A stretch of 64,000 nucleotides of DNA from Podarcis cretensis (taxonomy: Eukaryota): NCBI GenBank assembly GCA_951804945.1, contig OX638155.1:69998001-70062000 (forward strand), in the 5' to 3' direction. The notes under the pieces were generated by a model. The model did not search any database and was not told where the DNA came from. It was given only the letters and a program-made list of their open reading frames with translations. The translations under genes were made by a program, and so were the position numbers. Below, one piece after another: positions 1-11,174 of the stretch (positions within the stretch are counted from its first letter, which is position 1; every line of letters begins with the position of its first letter).

Positions 1-99
1 AAACATTCTCAAATCTGCTGCCCAGAATAATTGGAAATAACTTTACATACATATATCTTATCAGTCAGAAAAGGCAGAGGTGTTATGTGGTTTCATGCC

Positions 100-760
100 T
101 GGGAGGTGGGGAGGCCACCTGCCCCAGATGAGATTGCACTCCCCTGGAAGCAGCAGGTCCACACTTTGTGGGTGCTCCTAGATTCAACACTATCACTGGA
201 GGCTCAGATGGCCTTAGTGGCCAAGAGTCCCTTTCTTCAGCTACAGCTCTTTCATCAGCTACCGTTTGACAGAGATGACATAGCCATTGTATTCCATGGT
301 CTGGATTGCATTATTGTAATGTGCTCTACATGGGGCTGCCTTTGAAAACAACTTGGAAACTTAAATTGGTCCAAAATACAATGGCCAGATTACTGGCTTG
401 GGTTCCCTTCAGATGTGCCATTTTGAAACAGCTGCACTGCTTGCCAGTTCATTTCTGGGCCCAATTCAAGGTGCTTCTGTTAGAGTTTAAAGCCCTAAAC
501 AACTGAGGCCCCAAATACCTGAAAGATGACCTGCTTCCCTGCAGGCCCTCCCAGGTGCTGAGATTGCGGAGGGAGCCCTCTTGGTTGTTCCACCGCCATC
601 AGAATCTCTGTTGGTTGTGGCCTGGGGGATGGTATTTTCTGTGGCAGCCCCTAAGATGTGGAAGTGTCTTCCTACAAAGATGTATCCAGGGCCTTCATTA
701 TGCACCTTTCAGGAAATGCATCTTTTTACCCTGGCTTTGGACACTTCAGATGTATGTTCT
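100..760 (+). mobile_element. Degenerate L2/CR1-clade LINE, 3' part of ORF2
   Basis: Frameshifted peptides YCNVLYMGLPLKTTWKLKLVQN, LHCLPVHFWAQFKVLLLEFKALN and FSVAAPKMWKCLP, typical of the L2-type ORF2 C-terminus. Confidence 0.8.
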
Positions 761-1003
761 GTAATGTAAAGTTGCTTTAAACTTTTTTATATTGTGTTCT
801 AATTGTACAGTGATTTGTGGCAGTATATATTATTATTTTGTGTATTACTCTGCAAAAGCAATTGGTACAACCAAAGCGATCACTTCAGTTTCCTCTCCTC
901 CACCCATGCGCCCCAGGAACTTCTTCAGAGAGTCCCCAATCCTCCGGAGCTGATTTTGAGGGGGCTGCAGATGAGAGGAGAGAAGGGGGACGTTCCACTA
1001 GTA

Positions 1004-1197
1004 CAGTGGAACCTCGGGTTGAGGACGTAATCCGTGATGGAGGCACGTCCACAACCCGCAGCGTTCGCATCCTGAAGCGCCGCACTGTGAGCGAGTGGCG
1101 AAACCCAGAAGTAACCTGTTCTGCTACTTCCGGGTTTCCTGCAGTCTACAACCTGAAAACAAGTAACCTGAAGTGTCTGTAACATGAGGTATGACTG
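1004..1197. mobile_element. Tc1/mariner (Tigger-like) MITE
   Basis: TA-cagtggaacctc ... gaggtatgactg-TA: imperfect TIRs with TA duplication; CpG-rich interior. Confidence 0.8.
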
Positions 1198-3120
1198 TAC
1201 AAGTCTCTTGTGTTAGCAGAATTGGAGCTTTGGATACCATCCAGTTAAATTATATAGCAATATTTCTAAACATGTAATATTTCTAAATGCAATCTAATTA
1301 TCAAAAGCTGCAGTTAATATGAGTTTAAGAACTCTCAAGAAATTTTAAACAGCTCCGAAAGGCACAAAAACTGCTTTGTTATGCATAGCAGATCTTGACA
1401 ACTAAATGTTTTAAATATGATTCAAACACCTACATGAGCTCTCCACCAGACCCCATCAGCGATATTGGAATGTAATGAGGTAAAAATTAAAAATGCATAT
1501 CACAAGTTCAAAGGCAAGTATATATACCATATTAAAGAGACTTTAAAAAAATCTAGCTGCTCAAATTTGTAGTTTATTACACATAAATTTAGGGTAACTT
1601 GCCACAGTGCATTGATTTCGTAATTGCTTTAAAGAGCTTTATCCATGACTGTGAAAGGAGGAATTCAATAGACAGTATAAATTTGTCTTATTGTGTTTCT
1701 TAACTTGAGAAGCAAGTGGCAATTGGGGGGGGGACATTGTAGAAAATTAATAATTCTGACCTGCTTTGTAGGTTTCTTGTAAGCTTTACTGAAATAATAT
1801 ATGATCAGTTCTTCAAGTACTCAGAAAGGCTGAGATGAATGACTATTGCCTTCTGGTTTCTTGCCTCAGGCTCTTTATTGCCAGTTCACTCATTCATCAT
1901 AAGGAAGATTTTTGGCTTTCATTTCTTTCTCCCTGCCTTCTCTTCTAGACTAACCCGATTGCCCATACCCTTTCAGAGAATATTAATGTGCAGATTTCAT
2001 TGAGGGCCTATATCCCTAAACCTTCGCAGTTTTTCCCAAGGCTTGGTAACTTTTAATATTTTTATTACTGATTGTTTGTCTCTGAAAGCAGACAGCTTTT
2101 ACTCAAAATCAAAGGAATATAATGTTTTACAGACGTATATCAAATGCTTTACATACATTATTTCTCTGAAATGACTGTGATTCTGTACACCTTGGCACCC
2201 ACCTGGCTTCTTTGGGTATATTATAATTTCCCACAGATTTTTACATTTAATAGTCAAAAGCACAGCATATGCATTCTACTGAATTCTGAGACTAAGGCTA
2301 GCAAACCAGTATAGAACTCGCAAAGCAAACCTACACTTCTAACTTACTAAAAGTTATCATCTCTAAAACATGTGAATTAGAATAAGAATAGAGTATCTTA
2401 CTTAGTTACTGTTACTTCTTTGTCAATGCAGTCTTCCGTGGTTAATATTTCACTGATTCATTAGAACAAGCATTAGCTGAAGACAAGACTTTGAAGAAAG
2501 AGCAAATGTTAGTTTTGTTAATGTAGCAGAGTATTGCATTTCAACTTTGGGAAAGGATAGTTGATTGATGCAGCTTGGCAGGAGGGTAAGGCCCCACATG
2601 CTGAAGTAGGGTGAAAAAACTATAGATTATAATATACCTCAGGATGGGTTTTTTGATATGTTTACATTTTTTCTGCTTTATTTGAGATGCTTGATAACAC
2701 TAGGTAAAATTCCACATTTGTTATTAACCTGGCTTGTATCACATTTAATATCGAAATACCACATTGGGTATTTCTATGGAAACTCTGACATGCATGCTGT
2801 TCAACAGATAATACAATAAAAGTGTGTAACTATAGCAACTAGGGTTTCTCCCCACCCCCATAGAATATAGTTCACATCATAAACTCCAGTCCTTCTTATG
2901 ATTGCAGTTATTATGAATGCAGTTATTAACTAATGTGAACCCCCTTACATTAATTTCCCCCACTATATACTGTATAAACAATTGCATAAGAAATTGGAAT
3001 GGTACAGATACAATGTGTGTAACGTATTTTTTCTGTTTCTATAGAGAGCACAGTACATATCATATGTATAAGTTATCTATTCAAATAATTTCAGTGTGGT
3101 CATTAAAGGATTTCACCGAT

Positions 3121-3214
3121 ATCCACGTATGGGTTTGATAAACTGACACAACAGCGAAAAAAGAACTCCTGTCCCATGTCAGCTTATCAAACACACTATG
3201 GATGTTCTGTCTTT
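3121..3214 (-). ncRNA. MIR599: pre-miR-599 hairpin
   Basis: Reverse complement of 3133-3152 is GUUGUGUCAGUUUAUCAAAC (miR-599 mature as recalled); the opposite arm at 3170-3192 pairs with it; mammalian MIR599 also lies antisense in a VPS13B intron. Confidence 0.92.
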
Positions 3215-3259
3215 CATCCGACATCAAAATAACATCCACAGAGTAAATAGGAAGCTTGT

Positions 3260-3336
3260 GTTCAGTGAAACTCAACCTCAGTACTTCCAGGTGAATATAT
3301 ACAGCACCTGATAAGGCTGAGGTATTGTACCACTAA
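3260..3336 (-). ncRNA. MIR875: pre-miR-875 hairpin
   Basis: Minus strand reads UUAGUGGUAC-AAUACCUCAGCCUUAUCAGGUG-loop-CACCUGGAAGUACUGAGGUUGAG-UUUCACUGAAC; matches the recalled mir-875 and lies about 45 nt upstream of mir-599. Confidence 0.92.
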
Positions 3337-5207
3337 ACAAACAGAACCTTGAGCAACCAATGAGTACCAGGTATGACAAAATGAAAATGGGTGTAGAATC
3401 CGAAAGAGGTTGTTTGCCTCAGTTTAGTGTTAAGCCAAATATTTATGTAATATTTTAGAAAGCCAAAACCTAGTGTCCTGTTACAGACAAGCAATGTTGA
3501 GTTTTGAGCTAAAATTATTTAACCCGTAAAACAAATCAATAAAGAATGTGTTATGTTCTTACATCTGGTTTTATTTCTTCTTGCTGCTGACATTACTCCC
3601 TGTTCTTTGTCATCCTTTCTGAGTCTATTTAGAAAAGTTATGTTCCTCTTGTGACTGGTGGAAATGTTTTATCATCCAAACATATCACGAAACCTCCATT
3701 TAGAATTATGCATCTGCATCATTTGCACAGCTATCAAATCAACATTTAGAATAAGTCCTGCAGTAAAAGTAAATCAACATTATTCTCTCTGAGCACAAAA
3801 AGTATTAAAATGTGCACTCTCACTTTAATTTTTTTGTTGAAGCGTTTAAACAAGAAACAGATACTTTTTAAAATTACCAGGCAGAATACACATTAACACA
3901 GCAAAAAGCTGAAACTTAGTTGACTTTTACATTTCCCCGCATTTAGCCTGAAAATATATAGTTGCCATACTTTACCTTTTTTTCCTCCCTATTGTGCTCC
4001 AGATATACGTGTAAGAGACGACTGCAGTGGAAAACGGTCTTCTGCTTATTTGTGGTAAATAACTGTACACAGAGCTTTTTGGAACAAGGCACTACTTTTA
4101 AATGTCTGGTCACCTCACGGGATATGTAGTGCATTTCCTGCCACTAGGATAAGAGGAAGGAAGCACAAGGCCAGAACGTTTGATGTGTGGTCTACTGTAA
4201 TTCCTTTCATGTGTTCAGTGGCTTTTGTAGGATCCATGTACTACAATCAATTCTGACCATGCTGTGGTCCATTTCATTAAAGCTGACCTTCCTAAATGGA
4301 AAACAAATTCACATTATAGTGGCATTCACCTGCCATCATTACAGGGGAAAGAGTTATCATATTTTGCCCTTAAGCTGATTCTTTTAAAAGTTTTGTGAGA
4401 TGATTTCCTTTGGCTTATAAAGTTCATTTGAGTGCGGAGATAAAAATGCAAAGAAGAGGCTCAATATTATTTTTCAAAGATTAATATATTAATATCCTAA
4501 GATAAACTGTGAGTGAGAGGCCTCTTAGACTACTTTTCATAGTACAGCTGCCATTTGCAACCCATTTGGAACTCTCTGTGTTTTGGTTGCTGCCAGCTTC
4601 CATTCATTTAATGTAAATCAACCAGCCATGCAGATCAGTTCCCATCACAAGAATTTAGATCAATCTATTTTTGCTCCATGTCAGTTTCACATAGTGTGCT
4701 TATTCATAATGCCCTTTCTGTCACATTTCTGCATTCATCCGTGGGGTGGGGTGGTTTTTGTTTTTTAAAAGAATCTATGAAAAGTATTTTAAACAATAAT
4801 TAAATATTTATTTGATTATTTTGTCACAAAATGTACCTTTACCTTTTCCCCCTCAACATGCACATTTCTAAATGGATGTTCATATGCATTTTGGTACAGT
4901 TTTTGAGCTGAGCAAACTTCAGGGAAATGCAAAATGTAAAAGATAATTACGTCCTAATTCATGCATTAATCTGGGAGGTGCAAATTTAGGTCAGTTAAAA
5001 ATATGGATCAGATAAAATTCTCCACCCCTAAATGGATGCTGCATGGACACAAACTGTGTAGTGTGGGCTAGTTGAATAGATACACATAATATTGACTTGT
5101 GGCACGAGGCAGCTGCTGTGTAGACTCAGATGAATGAGACCTCCATGCCAAAACTGTATCATGAGAGGTGGCTTGGAATATGGGTTTATACCAACAATAA
5201 CAATTGT

Positions 5208-5460
5208 GAGAGCCAATGTGGTGTAGTGGTTAAGAGCAGTGGACTTGTAATCTGGGGAACCGGGTTGCGGTCTCCGCTCCTCCACATGCAGCTGCTGGGT
5301 GACCTTGGGCTAGTCACACTTCTCTGAAGTCTCTCAGCCTCACTCACCTCACAGAGTGTTTGTTGTGGGGGAGGGAGGGAAAGGAGAATGTTAGCTGCTT
5401 TGAGACTCCTTCGGGTAGTGATAAAGCGGGATATCAAATCCAAACTCCTCTTCTTCTTCT
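5208..5460 (+). mobile_element. tRNA-derived SINE, Squam3-like
   Basis: gagagccaatgtggtgtagtggttaagagc head (A box), degenerate B box, (ctt)n tail. Confidence 0.8.
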
Positions 5461-5577
5461 GTACCATTTCCACTTCTGTGTAAAATGCTGATGCAAATTC
5501 AGTTGGTGGCTCATTTGCCTCTCCCTGTTTAGCGAGGCTTTTCATATTTGATGAATCATCGTATTTCAGTATTCTGC

Positions 5578-5648
5578 TGGAAGCCTCCCTGAGTGGCTGG
5601 GGAAACCCATCCAGATGGGCGGGCTATAAATGATAAATTATTATTATT
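5578..5648 (+). mobile_element. Short LINE 3' tail remnant
   Basis: ccctgagtggctgggg...gatgggcgggctataaat followed by a (tta)n tail. Confidence 0.5.
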
Positions 5649-6550
5649 TGCCAGACAAGATGCAACCTAGGGCATCTATGAATAAGACGTTTCATTTTTC
5701 AAAAGTGTTAACAAGTAGCAGGAGGTGCGCCTAATTTGTATCAATACTGTAACACTAGGATAGGATCTTAAAGATGTCGTCGTCATCCCCTCACCATTTT
5801 CCTGATTAAAATTACTTCACCACCATAACACACACACCCTAATTTTTTTCATGGAAAAAATTCAAATATCAAAGTGGTACCTCTATCTGTTTTTCCCCGA
5901 CTGAGAAAATAGCAAGTGGGGGGGGGAAATGGGTGACAAACCCTCCCCAGTGCCATGGACCTTAGTCAAAGGGGCTGCTAATGCAACTTTAAAATGACTA
6001 CTAATGTATGGTATTTAAAAGGAAAAGGGGGGGGGAGTCTAATTACTATTAATAGTACTGCTTCCTCATGTCCAGTTCTGTCCAAAGTTTAGCACTGACA
6101 CTCTTTGATGGTTGAATGAAATTTTCTTTCATTTACAATTTTACAAATGGAAACTGAGAACAAAAGTTGATGTCTCAGCTTGTTCCTTGATTATTATTAT
6201 TTTAAAAGTAATTATTAACATTTAGACCTATACACAGGGCAAAGCGAGTCCACAATTTTGACAACTGCACCAAAATAAATTATTTTGCTAAAGCGACAGT
6301 TGTTGATTAACTTAACTAGGGGTGGTCTTCCACTAAATTTCACATGTTTTTGGTGGAAGATGGCAGAGTGCTCCATGTGTACTTCTCAAGAGGATGGGGT
6401 ATGTTGTCATGTATAGAATAAGCATATGACATTTTTGTTGAAAAGTAATTGGTTTTAGTGAACATTATAAAAATGTATAATTCTTCAATCTGCATTTTTT
6501 TCCCAACAGCCAGAATACAAAAGGCAGTTTGTGCAGTTAACACTTTTAAA

Positions 6551-6890
6551 GGGCGCTGTGGGTTAAACCACAGAGCCTAGGACTTGCCGATCAGAAAGTT
6601 GGCAGTTCGAATCCCCACAACGGGGTGAGCTCCCGTTGCTCAGTCCCTGCTCCTGCCCACCTAGCAGTTCGAAAGCACGTCAAAGTGCAAGTAGATAAAT
6701 AGGTACTGCTCCAGTGGGAAGGTAAACGGTGTTTCCATGCACTGCTCTGGTTCGCCAGAAGCGGCTTAGTCATGCTGGCCACATGACCCGGAAGCTGTAC
6801 GCCGGCTCCCTCGGCCAATAAAGCGAGATGAGCGCCGCAACCCCAGAGTCAGCCACAACTGGACCTAATGGTCAGGGGTCCCTTTACCTT
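6551..6890 (+). mobile_element. Sauria SINE (Squam1), slightly 5' truncated
   Basis: ggcgctgtgggttaaacc head, gttcgaatccc B box, gtgcaagtagataaatagg core, cctttacctt tail. Confidence 0.92.
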
Positions 6891-8328
6891 ATTGCCATAG
6901 ACACCTTCTCAAGCTTCTGAATTGCTCTTCAAATTGCCCTGAGTTCATTTTGGTTCTTGGGCACAAGCAAGAACATTTCAAATACAGGATAGGAAACACA
7001 GCACATGGAAGCTAGCATTTGTTCTCCTTTTGAAAAGTGCTTGCACCAGATTATTTTTTGCTTTTTGAATTTGAGGGCAGTAATCCATTGGGGAGAGGAA
7101 AATCACATGACCCTAAAGAATGTGCATACGCGGTCTCTGGAGCCTGGTTAAGGGCAGGTTACTGTGCATCCATATTCCATGTTTTAGCTTTACAACCCTG
7201 TGTAAAGTATGCTGACTGAGGCAGGTGGGAGTGTGGCTTTCCCAGTCACCCAGGAAACCAAAGCTTCCGAACAACAACCTTCAGAGCCAGACATTCCCAA
7301 TATATAATATGAATATTTCCCTAGCTTTGGAGTGAAAAGAAATGTGTGAAAGTAAGGCTTCCTTTAATAAATACGATTAAACCATACATCACTATTATTT
7401 ATATCCTTTTTCAAAACTTCTATTTTTTTATTTTTGGTTTCTGCAGTGTTTTATAAGTCTCAACTGACCTGTAAGGGAATACATTTGACTTTCTTACAAT
7501 GAACCTCTGAATTATGCCTATTCAGCAGTGAGTAATAACTGATTCAACATGAGCTGTGTCTTATATAAACATACAAAATGCCTGACCCAGACTAAATCAA
7601 TTTAAAAAGGAAAACATCAAAGTTATGTTTCCTGTTACATGCTTAAGGTCTTCTTTGGGTGTATTACATTAGTATATTATTTACCAACTATAGTAGGCTT
7701 TTAGTTTATCCTCTGATGCCACCTGCAAAGAGAACAGTAGAGAACATATTGGATACAATAAATTGTACGTCTAATGTAATATGTCACAGTGATTAAGAGA
7801 AGCTTTTACAACAGGGATCAGGAAGTCTTTAGCATACCTTACAGTCCAGTTTTTAGTTTCTATAATGTTCTTATGCTGCAGAATGTGACCAGGGTAAAGT
7901 TCAGAGGGGCCACTGATTGCCTTGGGTCATGCCTCACCTGGATTTTAAAGTCCCAAGAAAATCTCCAGGGTCTTGGAACAGGGGTGAGAGACAGAAACAT
8001 CTACGCTTGTACCCCAGAGAACATTAGCTCAATTCTCTGAGCTGTCCCAGTGTGTTTTTGGCCTGAACTGTGTAGCAGAAGGAAAATGAACTTGTACATC
8101 ATTTACAAACATCATCATAGCCCCTAATCTGTTTCACTGCCAAGGGGAGTGGTGTTGGTAATATGAGATGGGGATCTGTAACTCGCCCCCCCCATGAGAG
8201 ATTTGACTGGACTGTTCCATTATGCTTTTTAAATGAGCAGTCAAGCACTTTTATTTTTTCACCAGGCTTTTAATTTATTTTAATTGTAAATTAATTTTGC
8301 TGTTGGTTGGGTTGTTTAACTCTGTTTT

Positions 8329-8463
8329 GGGGTGGCTGGCATGGGATCCTTCAGATGTTGTTGGACTCCAGCTTCCATCAGCCCCAGCCAGCATTGCCAG
8401 TAGTCAGGGATGTTGAGAGCTGTAGACCAACAGCATCTGGAGGACTACATGCCAGCCATCCCT
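8329..8463. mobile_element. Palindromic hAT-type MITE (~135 bp), degenerate
   Basis: gggtggctggcatg...catgccagccatccc inverted ends; internal arms shared with the copies at 34283 and 47714. Confidence 0.65.
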
Positions 8464-8547
8464 TGCTTTATTCTCACTCTTACTGCATTATGACTGTGTT
8501 TTGTTGTTGTGAACATGTGTGTTAGGTTATTGATGAAGAGTAATCTG

Positions 8548-9067
8548 CATAGCTGTCAACCGTCCCTTATTTGGCAGGAAACTCCCTTATCCCAGCGCCG
8601 TGTCCTGCTGCTGTCCCTTATTGATGATGTCCCTTAAATTTCCCGGGTTTCATGCTCGCCCAGCTCCGGAGGGGAGCAGCGGCTTGGGGTCCTCCACCGC
8701 GAGAGAGGGAGCTTCTGGCACCGTCCTGGCGCAAGGTGTTCCATTGGCCCTTCCCCGCCTGAGAGGGGGGGAGGGAGAGAGACTCTCGCCGCCGCCACTT
8801 GCGAGCCCGTAGGCGGCAGCGGTGGTGGCAGCTGAGGAGGCAGCCTGAGGGAGGAGGAAGAGGAGGGGATGGGGAGGGATGCAGAAGGGCGGCGCTTCAG
8901 CGGCCGCTGTGGCACCGCAACCGCCTCATGCCAGCACTGACAGCATCTGTCAATCATACCAATGTATGTAACTCTTTACAATAGCAAAATCCCTTATTTT
9001 GGCTGCTGATCCCTTATTTTTGAGGCTGTTGGTCCCTTATTTTCAAATCTGTAATTTGACAGCTATG
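8548..9067. mobile_element. Non-autonomous hAT DNA transposon (520 bp)
   Basis: TIR catagctgtcaa / ttgacagctatg; 8-bp TSD gtaatctg/gtcatctg; subterminal tcccttat repeats. Confidence 0.88.
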
Positions 9068-9887
9068 GTCATCTGATGTTTAGAGGTGAGCTCCTCACTT
9101 CAATTCCGCCCCCTCTTACTAGCACATAAGTGTCTTGCTCCTGTTTTGCCGCAATTTAAAATGCACCCCAGGTCTCCGAACTCAACTTTTGTCTGCTACG
9201 CTGGGTACAAATGGGGCAGCCGTTCCATTCTACTCTGATACAGGGCATTGTCTGTGGCTAACATGTAAAGGGCAGTCCATATGGCAATTTCCCCTCATTA
9301 ATTTTGAGATGTGGCAGAGTAGAGGGTTAGCATGCAAACTCTGGATCCAAGTATTTGTTCTCATGCACATACTGACCTCAACAGAGGCAAGATGAGGTGG
9401 ATAAGGCAAAACAAGGGTACTCTAGCTGTGCAGGACTCAGGCTGAATGCTACATGAGAGCAGAGCTCACATAATGTTTCTACAGCAATTGCTTTCCAGCT
9501 GAGCCTTTTGTAGGAGCTGCAGATTTGTCTCGGTAGATGGCTCCACCTTCACTAGATGCTTCTTCATGCAGTGGAACAGAGGAGAATTTGGTTGTACTGG
9601 GGCTTCTGAGATGAGTCAGAGAAGACCATATGACATCCTTAGTCCAGAAGCCTTTTCAATAGAGAAGGTGCTTCTGATGGTGACCTTAAAGCCATTTACA
9701 CCTCCCACTCTGAATCACCAACCTCATCCTCCAAAGAAGGAGAGTCCAGCCCCAGGGCCATAACAGTCACTGACCTAATAATTAACCCTATTGTTAAGTT
9801 ACTGTTTGTTTAGACTTCCTGCCCACATTATGGCCTTGAGACTTGCTCCAGTCCATAATCTCAGAGATGAAAACAATGCAACCTCTC

Positions 9888-9892
<5 letters not shown>

Positions 9893-9923
<31 letters not shown>
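9893..9923 (+). repeat. (TATC)n microsatellite
   Basis: About 7 tandem TATC units ending ~17 nt before the exon start at 9941. Confidence 0.95.
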
Positions 9924-9940
9924 TTATTTTGTCATTATAG

Positions 9941-10144
9941 GAGAGCACTGAATCTGGGGATTCTTCGTGATCCTGGGTCAGAGGTGGAAGACAGACAGTA
10001 TCAAATAGACCTCCAGTCCATCAACATTGGTACTGCTCAGTGGGATCAATTGAAGCCAGAGAAAGAGAATGGGAAAGGGAGGACAGTGCCAGAGAATGAA
10101 AGGAATTCTCAGAATCCAGCCCTTGAGTGGAATATGGCTAGTAG
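9941..10144 (+). CDS. VPS13B: VPS13B internal coding exon (204 bp; RALNLGILRDPGSEVEDRQYQIDLQSINIGTAQW...NPALEWNMAS)
   Basis: Translation matches recalled vertebrate VPS13B; tag| acceptor at 9938-9940 and |gtaag donor at 10145; phase 2 at both ends, AG+C joins the next exon as Ser. Confidence 0.96.
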
Positions 10145-11022
10145 GTAAGAAAGCAGTGTGAAAATAGTGCCTCGTATTCTTGAGCAAAAAAACCTTTATG
10201 ATAATAACATCCCACATATTTCAGCTGAGCATGCTGTTGTTTGTACATTCAAGTGTGTTTGCATTCCCTAGCAAGCATGTTTCCCGTGAACTAAAGATCT
10301 GGACAGTACACTTAAAGTTTTTGTTTTGTAGCACTGTTGCACTGTAATTTCCGTGCAGATAAAGTTATGTCTATATTTCCATCATAGCTTATAATATGGC
10401 CATAAAATATAACTCCAGGCTGAAACCTGGCATTCACATTTCCAGTCTATGAACAACAGAGTTGTTACCCTTTTGTTCTTTTACAAAGTTTGAACAAAAC
10501 CAGTTTAGACATTTTTAAGCCGGCGGAGGACAAAAAGAGTCCCCCCCCCCCCTTTATTGGCTGCAAACCAGTTTCTGTGCTTCTGTAAATGAAAACAGCT
10601 GCAATTTCTGAAATGACAAATTTCTGCTGATTTGTTGATATGCAAAAGAGGGCTTCCAGCTCAAGTCTACTTATAAATGTTACTTTGACATCTTCCATTT
10701 TTAGTGTTCCATTTTGATTATATTGCTACAGTAGACTTTGATGCTTTTTTCCAGTTAGAGGCCACAGTAGCCCTGTGCAGCTAACATGCTTTTCAGAATG
10801 AGTACAGGGGGAGGGAGTTGGGATTGTGCCTGGTGAAGACAGTTTATGCCAGGCCTGTCTGTCTGCACAATCTCCACCCTGCAAAAATGTACAATATGGA
10901 TAACACCAACATAACCTGCATGTTTACATTCACAGCAGAATACTGAATTGTTGTGCTAAGGTTTAAGGGTGGAGCTTTGCTCCCAAATCCATTCGCTGTA
11001 CAAGTATTTGGTACACACAGGG

Positions 11023-11174
11023 CAGTGGCGTAGCGTGGGGGGTGCAGGGGGGGCCGGCCGCACCGGGCGCAACATCTGGGGGTTAGGGATAGGGTTAGGG
11101 GGCGCAAATCCAGGGTTAGGGGGTGCAAATTACTTGCCTTGCCCCGGGTGCTGACAACCCAAGCTACGCCACTG
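11023..11174. mobile_element. hAT MITE (152 bp)
   Basis: Perfect 12-bp TIR cagtggcgtagc/gctacgccactg; perfect 8-bp TSD acacaggg (11015-11022, 11175-11182). Confidence 0.93.

Noticed and set aside
5208-5290. tRNA-like sequence
   Set aside because: It is the head of a SINE with a degenerate B box, continuing into SINE body and tail
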